A program made the position numbers and the translations under genes. From Perkinsus chesapeaki ATCC PRA-425 (taxonomy: Eukaryota > Protista > Perkinsozoa), in the NCBI GenBank assembly GCA_013115145.1, contig JAAPAO010000096.1, positions 15,734-79,733 on the forward strand: a DNA stretch of 64,000 nucleotides, read 5' to 3'. Numbering within the stretch: position 1 is the stretch's first letter; each line of letters begins with the position of its first letter. Below, piece by piece: positions 27,761 to 40,442 of this stretch. Below the pieces are notes generated by a model that saw only the letters and a program-made list of their open reading frames with translations, did not search any database and had not been told where the DNA came from.

Positions 27761-28658
27761 ATGGTGATAAAAGTAATAATAAAAATTCAAGCGACTTGAA
27801 TGGTTCACACTTGTCTCTTTGAAATTGCAATGATAAGCGCATTCCTGCTAGCAACACTCCCTTTTCCTGTACGACTCCCCGGCGCTATCTTTACAGGCCA
27901 TTGTATTTCATTGTCATTATTTCACTAGTACGAAAAATACTGCGCATGCTCGTATACTACCTGAAGTATCATCGAAGTAGCTTAATTTAACCCATTTCCC
28001 TTTGGCCAACTTATTAGCTGGTATCTGACCAGCTCTACCGAGCTCGACCATTGATAAATGCAGACCATTCCTGAAAACCAGATTATCCTCATTTATGCTT
28101 CTAATTCCTATCTACTATAAATTCTTACACACAACCTATCATTAATACTTTGGGAGGATCATTCAAGAAGCTATCAGCTTGATCATCGTGATCCAATATC
28201 ACACTTGATAATGCAGTTGATGACGTATGTTGAATGATGTTAATATAACTGCCCTTATTTACTATATCACGTCCTTGAAGCAAATTCTGTACTACAGTCC
28301 TCCAAATAAACTTACAATATTTTGGAACAATACCATTACTTTACAACGGGAACGAGTTTAGGGCTCATTTTCGGATATGTTACGCATATCGCAGTTCAGA
28401 CTCACTTGTCAAAATGTTGTAACCGTTTCATGCCTAGTTACTGACATATGGGCGAGCGAAATTTTTGCGCGTGCCAGAATTGCCAAATTAACTTAAAATA
28501 ATTATTAACCATCAACGGCAACAGATGTGGGTCTGTGTGCACAAACAAGACAGAAACCTATAAGGATCAAACCAGCACACCATTGCGCTCATATAAAAAA
28601 GTAGTATCTGCTGCCATGCATGCAAGGATATGTCTATAATCACCCATAATGCTCTAGG

Positions 28659-31600
28659 TCATAGCAGGCCGCCGCCGCCGGCCTCCTCGACCATCAGCTT
28701 CCGTGCACTTATTAGTATCCCTCCATACGTCAAAAAAGGCCTGTTTGAGTTGCCTCCTTTTGAAAAGCATAGGCTCTGGTGAAGACTAGTTTTCTACTCC
28801 TATCCGACCCACGCGTCTACGCTCCAGCCCTTCATACCGTATTTTCTCGAACTCTTCTTTAAGATTAATTATCTCTCCCTGCTGCAGCCTCGACAACTGC
28901 TCTTGATTCCGCCCAAATCGTCGGAACAACTTCTGTAGTTTCCTCTGTGCCGAGGCACATTCCTTTTCCAGCTTTTTCGAGGGCGTTTCCGCGTCACTGT
29001 CGCCCCGGTCCACATCTCCCCACAGGAATTCGCTTGCATTCTTAGTCTAAAACGCGAACATCTTCAGCTGCTCCGATAGATGGTCCTCACGTCAATGCCG
29101 AGGTCGGCAAGTTCTTGCTGTATGAAATTGTGAACTTGATTCTCTCCGATTATCTCTGAAAACAATCTATCCACCACCGACTGGCCTGTGACACTTTTTC
29201 GATCAAGTCTATTTTGTAATACATATGTAGCATCCGAGACACTAGTATCGAGTGGTATATAACGTTTTAATGCATAATAGGATAGGAGGCCACGTCCCCT
29301 CCCTCTACATCCTACAGTACTGCATTTTAAATGGCAATGAAAAGTGAGGAATTGTGCGAAAATAAAAAATATCGATATAGTACATAATCTCATACAACAC
29401 TTATTATGCACTGTATTATTATTAGGTACTTATTATTAGGATGCGCTTGTTATGTACTGTATGCAAGCACCTCCGCCACTCCCCTCCTACTACTACCCGA
29501 AGATATTCCCACCGTACTGAACTTGGCCGGCAATCCTCCCTTCGACTCTATAGCTTGGACCAATACAAAACATACCCACATACCATTCAAAATGAACGAT
29601 ACCAAAGCGATAGCTTTACCTTATCACCAAAACAGGTCCAAAACCGAGGCAGACAGATTCCTACCTGGTGTCACTTCCCCAGCATAATCGAACGTCGCTG
29701 CTACACCGGCCGATAAAGGTGCGCAGTATATAAGGAATGTCATTAGAACAGCCTCACCCTTGCTTAATATTAGATTAATCTTAAAGTGTAAAAGAGCAGT
29801 TGTAGCCATTACAACCACGAATGCCCAAGCTGCCCATGGTTGTCGATCCCCTATCATAGTTGTCCTAAATAACAACAAGTCTTCGCATACTGGCACCATT
29901 CTACCTAGTAATAATAGATACGCAACTCCTGGAACACACCACGGTACTAAACCACAGTCCGATAAAATATAACCGATCGTATTTCCGCCAACTTTTCGAT
30001 GTCAATAATTAGGCATGAAACGGTTGATCGATTTACTGTCAGATTTTCGATTATCATTACGGTTCTCATGTTTACTATCTCTTGGCGTTGGGCTGTACTA
30101 ACTCATGCACATTCATATAATTTAGATCAGCCAGAGTAAGGCCAGAAGATACACGAGGCCGCTCACCGACTTTGATCATGCTTACCCCAGAGCGAAGATA
30201 GCAAGAGTCATTAATAACTGATTAGTTCCCATGGCCATACACACCCTGGCATACGCATCATAGCCCTGCCAAGATGTTTGGAGATGTTGAAATAGTTTGA
30301 AGTGGATCTGGTACCTGTGGATCTGAGATATCATTTCACAGCCGTTCTTTGGAAGGCTCAGAGTCTCAACGAAGCCGGATCTGATTACTCAAGCAGAGCC
30401 TCGAGTCAGACAGAATAAGCCTTTTTGGGTCGACTTCGTTCTACTGCGCACAAACGATGTCATTTTTTCCTGGACCAAACCAATGTCACATCGATATAGT
30501 ACGAGGCTGCTGTGACGAGCCAGGAGCTGATTTTCAAGGAGCTTATTAGCGACGCCTATTATCTTGCTTAGTCCATCCAATTTACACAGTCCAACTCGAC
30601 CTATGAAGACTCAAGCTCATCCGGCCCGAGGTCTCCAAGTACTCTTCAATAAGACGATACGGCAAATTAAACACAGCGGAGCAACCGGGCAGCTTGGACC
30701 ACTTAAAACCCGTTAATATTGAAAACGCACTCCGTATCCTAGTACACACAAAAACTAGTAAACAACAACAACGTGAATCAGCAGGAAACCTACCTCATCA
30801 GAAGACCCATAAAAGATTCCCAAAAGGTTGATAACCGGACTACTACATTCTATCGGCTTCCTTCTTCATATCATCTCTCTCCATCTTTTGCAGCTGTTCA
30901 TGCTTCCGTGCCATTGTCGCATCGACTTCCTCATTTTTAGGGGCCAAGCGATGCAGGCCGGGTATCCGCAGAATCGAACTGCCAACCCCTGATGCCTCGT
31001 AGTCCTACGAACAAGTCCACCTCATTAATTGCGATACTATGTCTACAACCGCGCACAGTGAGGGAAATGTTATATAAGACTGACCGCGCTAGTGCCACGG
31101 GGAGAGCAAACCTAACCAGGTGACCTTCCTAGGCCATGCCCACGGCCATATACGGTATCTAGGACGAAGAAGCCAGGGAACCGGCAAGATCCACCCCAAG
31201 CTTGTAAATTACTAAAAGTTATTATTGATTAACATAGTAAGAAATTCATTATATCATAGTGTGCAGATATAAGCTATTTTCCCCGTGGCTCACCTTGAGC
31301 GTCGCTGATGCAGCAGCGATCTCGTCAGTACCCGGGACAGGCAACCTGTAAAGGAAGGACTCGTCCACCGAGGCCACCGCCGCCTGCTTGTACTACCGAA
31401 GCCATTGCGTAAGGAGACGCACTACGAAGGCTTGGGCAGTTATAGAAGCATGCAGGGATAGCCAAACTGATACCAAAAGGAACATAGTGGATCCTGATAG
31501 GTTAAGGCACCTGGAAAGAACGGGACGATGAAATCTCACAGTCGAATTCACAAGGGTTTGATATGGAAATAATTCAATTACGAGTCTAACGATTGAAGTG

Positions 31601-32027
31601 ATAGATCCGGGAATTAGGAAGAGACAAGGGTTCGTTCTCCTATCAAGTGTATCGTCTTTCTTGAGGTTCTGTGTACTTACCACATCCACCAGAGCCAAGG
31701 AGGATTCTCAGGCGGCAAAACACCATCATAGAACAAGGCAATACAAAAGCCGAGCATGAGGGTGTTAACAACAAGGTAGTTATCCATCTTGGTTATAGTC
31801 AAACCGAAGAGGTCTCGCAGATCCTCCCTGTACAAACCAACCTAGAATGAATCTTGCACGGAGGTTGAGTAAAATATCTTTCCTACTTGTTGCAACCGCA
31901 TGTTTTGTATCTGATGAATTTTATTCTGCCTCAGTGTCTGGTCGAATACAAAGGCATCTTTATTATACGAGAATATCGAACCGGCGCCGCTGGCCAGCGC
32001 CGCCCCCGCAGCAGCAAGCTCTGCCAT
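28659..32027 (-). CDS. Multi-TM protein with Orai/CRAC-like TM1-TM3 pattern and a C-terminal coiled coil
   Basis: MAELAAAG...FSYNKDAFVFDQ...QQ|VGLYREDLRDLFGLTITKMDNYLVVNTLMLGFCIALFYDGVLPPENPPWLWWMW|CLNLSGSTMFLLVSVWLSLHAS...; then WQGYDAYARVCMAMGTNQLLMTLAIFALG; further TMs and a charged tail. The gene is well supported; the Orai link is inference. Confidence 0.75.
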
Positions 32028-34471
32028 TTAAACAATGTCTACGAAAGAACAACTTAGTCGCTTTAACACAATAATATAGAAGAAAAAGATATGTTATGAC
32101 GAAGGCGTTGGGAGGGTATCTTTGGTGAGACCTGTATGATAGCAATAGGCAAGTACGTAGTGTCAATAATAATAGACCTTTTGTCGTGCAAAAATCCAAG
32201 GACAAGTAGAGTTCGAGTAGAAGCCAATCAGGCAAGTGCACGAAAAATAATGACAGATCGATCGGGTTGTTGACCTAGTTTTGGTGATCTGGTTATAGAA
32301 CAGGTGTTGTCAAAGCCAATGAGCCGTATGGACATTTGAATGACAGAGTCTGGTGAGGCCATTCGTATCGCTTATTGATAACAGATACTCTATAACGTGA
32401 GTAAACAACGCTACCAATGAGAGTTAATTTAACTCTCATTTAACTCACACAAAGTATCTTAAGTTGACGAGCGCAAGATACGATTGGAGTAAAATGATAC
32501 TCAAGAGGGACAAAGAAAATGTTGACTCGAAACACAAGATGTGTACAAGAGACTCTCTTGATTCAAGAGTCTTGAAGAGAGTTGCACAGGGAGAATGATA
32601 AAGCCAAAAAACGTCCGATATTATGTTCGGGCAGTTTCTACTATTGAAGCTAGCCATAGCTCTGTCGACTTAAATCATACTGTCATAGCAGGAAACTAAT
32701 TGATTTAGCCTACCTAACACTAATGAAAGGTCACGAGTACATCAGCAATAACGTGTGAAGATGCCTTGTGTCTGCGTATAGATGTACGCATGCACAAATT
32801 CTGGGTTAAGGGCATCTTCGTCGTGGTAACCCATCTGATCCAATATGAGTACGTCCAGTGGCCAGTTGGTCGATTCTTATTTCACCCCTTATTGAATCAT
32901 CCGCTACCACTCCGTCCATCTCACTTCGGCCAGCCGAGTGCGCCCACCGCGCGCCATTATCTTTTCATCCACTGCCACTTCATCCATTCGTATTTCGTCC
33001 ACATCTCGCGTTGCTGAACTTTTTAACATGTCACCGCGAAGCCGCTTCACCATATTGGCAAAGTGGTGAATAGGAGTCGTATAATATTCTCTGGCCGGCT
33101 ATCCCACCGAATAGTACGTGGAGTCCACAATTGAGACGATAAAAGGAAACCTACTTCCAATCCCAGAATACAGTCCTCCAGAATAATCTTAGAATATTTT
33201 GAAATAACATCATTACTTCACTACTTGAGTCATACGAATCATTCTCAGAGCGGTTCCACTTCAGCTGATTCGCGAGTTCGTATTTGTATAACGTTCAGGT
33301 AATGAAGTAGATCGGAATATTCAAGTAGAATGATCCCCGACACCCTCTACTTAGTAGAGTGACTACCACTACTACTGTAGACTCGGCTCATTATGACATT
33401 AGCAGGCCTTTAAAGAGCTCAGGGTTTTATCCTCCATACTGAACGGTCGTACAATATTCTGGCCTGGTGAAACTAGCTTAACTTCGCTGAGTTAGTTTAG
33501 CTAACCGCACTAGCGAAAAACTTTTGGTTGTCCAGGTTGTCGCAAGCTCAGTATCACCGACATATCCTTCCACCGTCAAGACTCGTCGAGTGTTTCAAGA
33601 CCTGAGGAAGAAGGAACAGTTGATGACGATTAAGGCTAGTAACCTTAGATCAGTTAGACGTGATTGTTGTATCATGTATTTGCTCGTTATTAAGGACCAT
33701 TTCAATCGACATAATCCTCGAAATGAGCTCTAATATTTCCCCGTGCGCAGGGTCCTGCGCTGAAACGTGCTCCCTCAACATTTACCATGCGAAAGTCAGT
33801 GAAATGCATGAGCGTATGCCGCCTTCGGACATTATACTAGTTATTGTATGATCATCAATATCATTATTATTTCGCAGCTTCTGCGATGCCCGCGCAGGGC
33901 GGGAGGTTCACTTGTATGTCGACTCTCGATCAGTTATAGATCGCGAAGATATGAAAAGCGCGGGACATGTAAGACATCGTTAGATGTCTTGCAGAACTAC
34001 TAATAACAGTGACTGTAATAGCAAAACCTGACACGACAGTGCCGCGACGGCACTATGCAGCACAGTCTGTGCCGTCGGCACAGTCCTCGGCACCCTGCGG
34101 CCAACGGATTGGATATGCTAGCACAATAATTTCTTCCTACATCGTGATGGTATTCATTACTCTACGCGATAGCACAAGAATTCCTCCTTACCTGTCCCCA
34201 TATCGTGAGGGAACTTCGGCAGTAGGAGGACTTCGCTTCCAGTAATTAAGGAACGAAGGTAAGTTGAGTTGCTGGAATCGCGAACGGGACTGGAATCTGG
34301 AACGCAGACGGAAGTAGAATATACCGCCGCATGGCGCGACCGGGTAGATCCCATGTGCACTCCATATTGTGCAGCATGGGCACAGACAGTGGCGCAAGGC
34401 GGATGCGCGCAATAGAGCCGCTCCTCTTGAAAGAGCTTTGGTGACAAGAAGCTGGAAACAAGTTTCGAATC

Positions 34472-35579
34472 ATGGTTTATGACATGAAAATCCTGCTACT
34501 ACTATTAAGTCTGGGATGTGGTGCTGATGTACCTTTTTATAAAGGTGTTGGTTATCCGTGGGTTAAAGACACTCAATTCTGTTTTAACTCGACTTTATGC
34601 CCGCAGCGTGTTGATTATACTTGGAAGTGGTATTTTAATACCATTATGGATAAAGGGGCAAAGCGTTTCATATTGGCTGGGTACTCCATTATCGATAGCA
34701 AGATCATACAGGATCCGCCATTCTCTCCACCGTGGGACAAAACGGATTTTGCGAACTTGAAGAAGAAGGTATCAGATGCTGGCGGACTTATTTGGTTACA
34801 GTTTGAGCGAATCTATGGAAAAGGAAAGTTCGATGAGTCTTTGTTTCGAGAAAGCGCTAGGCAATTCATACAGAACTACTCCGTGGACGGGTTTTTATTT
34901 GACTTGCAAAAGCCGGAAGTTGCAAAGGATGCATATAGGATTCTCAGCACAGTCAAGGCGCTGGGGAAGACTGCCGTTCTTCAGTAAGAATAACGGCTGG
35001 TGTTTGAGTATGGTCACCTGAATAAATCGGTGAAGCCTCCTTCTCAGATATTGGCCAGAGGCCGAAAAGGCAGTGAAGAAAACTGGGTTAGGTGCACTTG
35101 CAGATTACACTGTGGTCTACTTGACTCCCTACTTTGACAAATCTCTCACAAAGGTATTCAATACTGATAAGTTTGCTATCAACAGAGTCGGAAGTGCCAT
35201 AAAAGCCGGAGCAAATGCTAAGGCCATAATACTGAGAGTGAGCTTATCTTAACCGAGTCACTCTGACTCTTTGCTATCATTACTCTTTTTTCAGATCCCG
35301 CTTCTTGCGCGGGCTGACTATGAATCTAGTGACTCTGGATATTCAAGCGCAATTTTTGATATGCATGGTGACCCTAAGGGAAGCGGCTCTATTATATTCC
35401 CTAAAGGCAAAGGATATTACTTCTTCTCCCAACCGCGAGCTGTAGAGAAGGTCATCTTGGTGAAGAAAATGGGACTTCATGGTATCATGATTGACCCACC
35501 ATATAGCGAAACCACGGATATCTATCCGTGGGATGACCGCTCTATTTTCTATGCTTTAGCACAGTCAGTTAAGTCGTGA
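34472..35579 (+). CDS. Secreted GH18 chitinase-like protein, catalytic motif degenerate (copy 1)
   Basis: Signal peptide; YSVDGFLFDLQKP at the DGxDxDxExP position; C-terminal KVILVKKMGLHGIMI typical of the last GH18 barrel strand. Confidence 0.75.
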
Positions 35580-36942
35580 AGCTCAACAGCGAACGATTGC
35601 TCGCGGAGGTTCGACAATCGTTACGGCCAATATGGGACGTATGGTATGATGGACTTTATCGTTCTGTGTATATCTCCCCGGCCATCACTACTGCGTACAC
35701 GAGATCGTCTGGATGACTTCTTACTACATTATTTTCGGTAAGTTCTCACGAAGGACCAACCAGTTTACCCTCCATTGATTTTCTCTAGTCTCGAGAGTAT
35801 CAGCGATCTTGCGTAACACAAGTTGCGTCACCACTGTTACCGGATAACAGTTATCCGATCCGCTCGTTAGGCTGCAGCCGAAAGGTGAATGCTAGTGACG
35901 ACCCTTTTTATGGCTTCGAGTTCCTGCTACTCGAAGTCAGCATCTCCCCGTTCCCCTGACCAATATTGAACTGACAGGTTGTCAGAGACAACACTGTCTG
36001 ACTATCGTAAGCGTAACATTGTCGAGAGGAGCGGAGAATCAGACTATACTTTAGTTTGTTTGTCATATAGTTACTATATTATAGTATACTGCATCTTTCT
36101 TCATATGAAGAAAGTTTTCTCGAAAAACTACTTCTGTATGAACCGAGTTTCAATGTGGAATGATTCCACCGGAATCCTACGGACTTGGAGTAGGAGTACA
36201 GTCTTCTTGAAATGATCGTGGATTCGGCGATGTTCGCTTCATAATGTCGTAAACTCCTTCTCGAGAGATTCGGGCACCGAATTACCACTCGCTTCCACCG
36301 TGTATAGAAACGTCTAAGAAACACATCTTTCGTAAAAGAAATATAGCTCAATGTTTAGTGGCACTTCAACAGTGCAAAACACAAGCTCATCAAGCTGCAA
36401 GTTCGTCAACTTACTGAAACTAGTGAGCCTTACCTTGACATGGGAGAAAAATCATCCAGGCGATATATTACAGTATCAGGACTGATATGGAAGATGTTAG
36501 TCATCTTCAAAAATGGAAGATGACATGCCAACAGATCAAATCTCTCTGGTAGAAAGCAACTCTTACAAAACTGCAAACTATGTGGCAGCATCACCAGAAG
36601 CTAGAAAGCATCACTTATCAGTCATGATTACGTCTTTATTACGATTATTGCAAGAGTCTCTATTATTGACTTAGATCTAACTCAGTGATAGTGGCCGCTA
36701 GTTGTATGTGGTGGAGTGTTCCTGAATGAGACTCACTTTAACTACTACAGTGCAAACACAAGCCGCTAACATCGAGACTAGAAAACTCCGCAGAATGAGA
36801 CCTGGCAAGAGTTTGTCCGACTCAATGTAGTAAAAAGTCATCCAGACGATCTTGTGTAAGGAAAGGTGAGGTTCGAGGAGATGCAGGCAGATCAATAAGG
36901 CGCATCGTCATACCTCCGGAAGTAGTATTTTGCTGCTCAAAC

Positions 36943-38061
36943 TCATGCCTTAACTGCCTGTGCTAAAGCATGGAAAATAGAGCGCTCATCCCACGGGTAG
37001 ATATCTGTAGTCTCACTATATGTTGGGTCAATCATGATACCACCGAGTCTCATTCTCCTCACTAAGTTAACTTTATCCACAGCTCGTGGCTGAGAGAAAA
37101 AGTAATACCCGTCTCCACTTGGGAACATGATAGAGCCATTCCCCTTAGGATCACCATGCATATCAAAAATTGCACTTGAATATCCAGTATCAGAAGATTC
37201 ATAGTCAGCCCGTGCAATAAGCGGGATCTGAGAAAGAGAGATTACAAGTGACAGGAAGCCCAAGCGATTTGTCGGTCCAAGTACTCACTCTAAGAATTAT
37301 GCTCCCAGCGTTTGCGCCAGCATTCATAGCTGTCCTTATTTTACGGATAGCAAACGTATTGGTGTTGAATACTTTTGTAACAGATTTGTCGAAGTAGGGG
37401 CTCAAGTAAACGAGTGTGTAATCTGGAAGTGCACCTAACCCGCTCTTCTTTACAGCTTGTTCGGCATCTGGCCAATATCTGAAAATACAAGAGACATCTC
37501 AGAGTCGCTCTGTTCAGTCTAGTATAACCCCAGCAGAAATACTTACTGAAGAACAGCAGTCTTCCCAAGTGCCTTGACAGTGCTGAGGACCTTGTACGCA
37601 TCCTTTGCCTTTTCCGGCCTATCCACGTCTAATACGAAACCATCTACAGAGTAGTTCTGCATAAACTGCTTCGCGCTCTGACGGAAAATTGCCTCATCAA
37701 ACTTTTCTTTCCCATAGAAACTTCCAACCTCTAACCAGATACTTCCACCGGCACTTGATACTTTCTGATTAAGGGTAGCAAAAACATTTCTGTCCCACTG
37801 TGGATAGAACGGGGGATCTTTTGTGACCTTGCTGTCAATGATGGAAAAGCCACCAAACAAAAAACGCTTGGCTCCGTCAGCCATAATGGTGTTGAAGAAC
37901 CAATCCCAAGTATAGCTGACATGCTGTGGACATAGAGTCGAGTTGAAGCAGAATTGAGTTTCCTTAATAACCCAGGGGTAACCAACACCTTTATAGAAGG
38001 GTATGTCAACAGAATATCCCAGATTAACGAGTATCAGGAGAATCTTCACGTCCAGGACCAT
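36943..38061 (-). CDS. Secreted GH18 chitinase-like protein, catalytic motif degenerate (copy 2)
   Basis: Clear paralog of copy 1 with matching intron positions; YSVDGFVLDVDRP; KVNLVRRMRLGGIMI. Confidence 0.75.
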
Positions 38062-38316
38062 GAGTCTGAAATCGTTTACCGGCTGTATTCAGAAACTGTT
38101 GCAATCTCCAGCGGAGCCAGAAGCTTGTTCCTTGCCATCATTCCTCACTCAAGCGGAGCGGCTCTGTTGTGCGCCTATATCACGCGCAACTGTGTGTGCC
38201 CTGATGGACGCAGAATACAATTCCAGTTAGTCAGTTTGGCTCACTTGTTCTGCAATCCTTTCTTAGTGAGGATTAAACCTTTGATAAGCTCAATATTATT
38301 GAGTCAATAATGAAGG

Positions 38317-39138
38317 TCACTCCTTATACAGGAAGTTGCCGTATCGCCCGTTTCCCAGAGTTCTTGCGCTGTTGCGGCTCACAATTTGTGAGGACGAGAA
38401 GGGCGATAACAAGATACAGGGAGAACTTCTTGTGCTATCGCGAGGAGTGGAAGAGTTCAATATACGGACAATTCTTGTGCTATCACGTCGCCTCACGAGC
38501 AACTGACTTTTTGTTGGTGCCTCTACCGTTTGTTGCTGGAGCCTTGAAGGTACTAAACTGTAGCCGTGTTGTATCGGAGGCGATCGTTTAACGACCGTCG
38601 TTACCATCTTTCTCTTACGATCTTCTGGTAGGTGGCAGCCTTCAGTGTCAGGGGGTTCAATCTTTGTGACAAGCTCTGCGGAGGCTGAACCACTTTGCCG
38701 CTGTTTTTTAAAAACGGCAAAGAAGTTTAGCTTCGCATTTGCGTTCAGAACATTACTCCCCAAGTATTTACTGTATAAGTATTCGTAGGAGCTGTTCTTG
38801 TTTTGAAGATTGGTCTCGAATAATGAACCATGATTCGTATATCCCTCCCAATGGAAGACTTTCATTTCCTGATGAGTAACTAGTAGTTACTAACTACGAT
38901 ACTTCCGAGGTGTTCGAGTTGTCCTTGTAAAGGATTGGGTGGTTACTAACCATACTCTAATAGAGAAACGAGATGCTACAGCAGCCCGCTTGACTGACGA
39001 TACCAGGCAATGAGCTGCAAGTAAGAGCCGTCCAATCAAGTTGATTGAACCATCATTTGGGTGTGCTTTATTCGATGTCGCTTCGCCATATTCGATGACT
39101 ACAGTTGCATTAGCTTTATACTTTCGTACACTGTCCAA
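38317..39138 (-). CDS. Hypothetical protein
   Basis: ORFs 38890-39138 and 38317-38865 (182 aa) lie on the same strand with plausible splice sites; no family recognised. Confidence 0.3.
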
Positions 39139-40442
39139 AATAGGAGGTTGTTGAGGATTGAATAGGGTTCATATTCCCCCACAGTTTGGTATCCGTATCC
39201 TAATAGTGAATATTCTTAGTGTCTTTTCCAAGTAATGCTGACATATAAGTGAAAAGATAAACCTACTACGTACAACCTCAAGGCACTCAGAACTAGCAGT
39301 TGGCTAACTGATACGGTGAATAATTCACCCTATGGATCAACTGCTAGTTGATCCAGTCTGGATCGACTTGCCACTGGACGTAGTTATACTGGGTCAAATG
39401 AGATACACCCAGCTCAGGGTTAAGGGTCAATTTGTTTCTTGGGTTTAGCAAGTGCGCCATAATCAGTCGACAAATCGGGACGATTATCGGACGCTTCCGT
39501 CGTACCTAGTATTGCACCGATTAAATCTCGGGAATTTACATGCAAGGAATTTCCTCGCTCGCTGAACGCGTGCCGAATATCTAATCAAGACACCAAGCGA
39601 AAATGTCAGCTTTGCATTGTAAAGGGGTAACATCAGACCCGAGGCATTCACACTCACTCGATTGAGCTTATGGAAGGCCTCAAAAGATAGTACCGGAGCC
39701 AACACGGCCAGTGACTAGTACAGCTATTCGATGGCGGCGCGCTAAATTCTTGTCACGATATTTTTGCGCCGAGCGCACGGCCAAAGCGTTTCTCCAGTCT
39801 CACACCAGCTTCAAGGCTACTCCAATAATGGCTTGCAATTAATTATCCTCCTCATCCTTGTATCTTCCAGGTTATGTATACCCTTTGGAATTTCACAGTC
39901 TGCGTTGCGTCCAACTTCCCATCTCCTATAGCTAACGCCCGGATTCGGTCACAGATCATGCATTATGCTCTGTTCCGTACTAGTTAGGGCTCCGTAACGT
40001 TTTCTTATCCGCTGTGCTCCGAAAGTACCGGCCCCTCGTGTGGATTCTAGCTACGCAGAGGACAAGGGCTTCTCTGTAATTCGGGGGTGTTCTGCTTTGT
40101 GAGCATGGCGGGGTGATGCGTACGACGAGCTGCGGTCACGGGCCAATTTTTGATAAGAAAATTTGGGCACCGGGTTCCTGGCAGTCCTGTGCCAGGCTGG
40201 CACAGAACACACGATAAGCGGCTGTTTAGGAATGAACTTCCGGTTTTACAAGCGGTTGTGCGTAGTTCAGCGCGATATTGCCAGTCACCGAGGGCTTTGG
40301 TCAAAGGCGATTGGCTTTCTAAAGTGTTTTTGCGGACACCTCGTTTTAGCACAAGGACCCTTCGTGTCACTAAATTCATGAAATGAGTTCTTCGTTTCCG
40401 GTTCTATAACATTACTTTCCTCAGGGCCCACAACCTAATCAC

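Noticed and set aside
32400-34450. Scattered exon-like segments on both strands
   Set aside because: No consistent spliced model or family could be built.
38869-38897. Hammerhead-like CTGATGA followed directly by a 6-bp stem
   Set aside because: No GAAA after the stem and no stems I/III; better explained as an overlapping palindrome.
40050-40260. FAR1/MULE-like YAEDKGFSV...LCEHGG segment; also an Sm-site-like AATTTTTGA
   Set aside because: No transposase core or terminal repeats, and no snRNA stem-loops.
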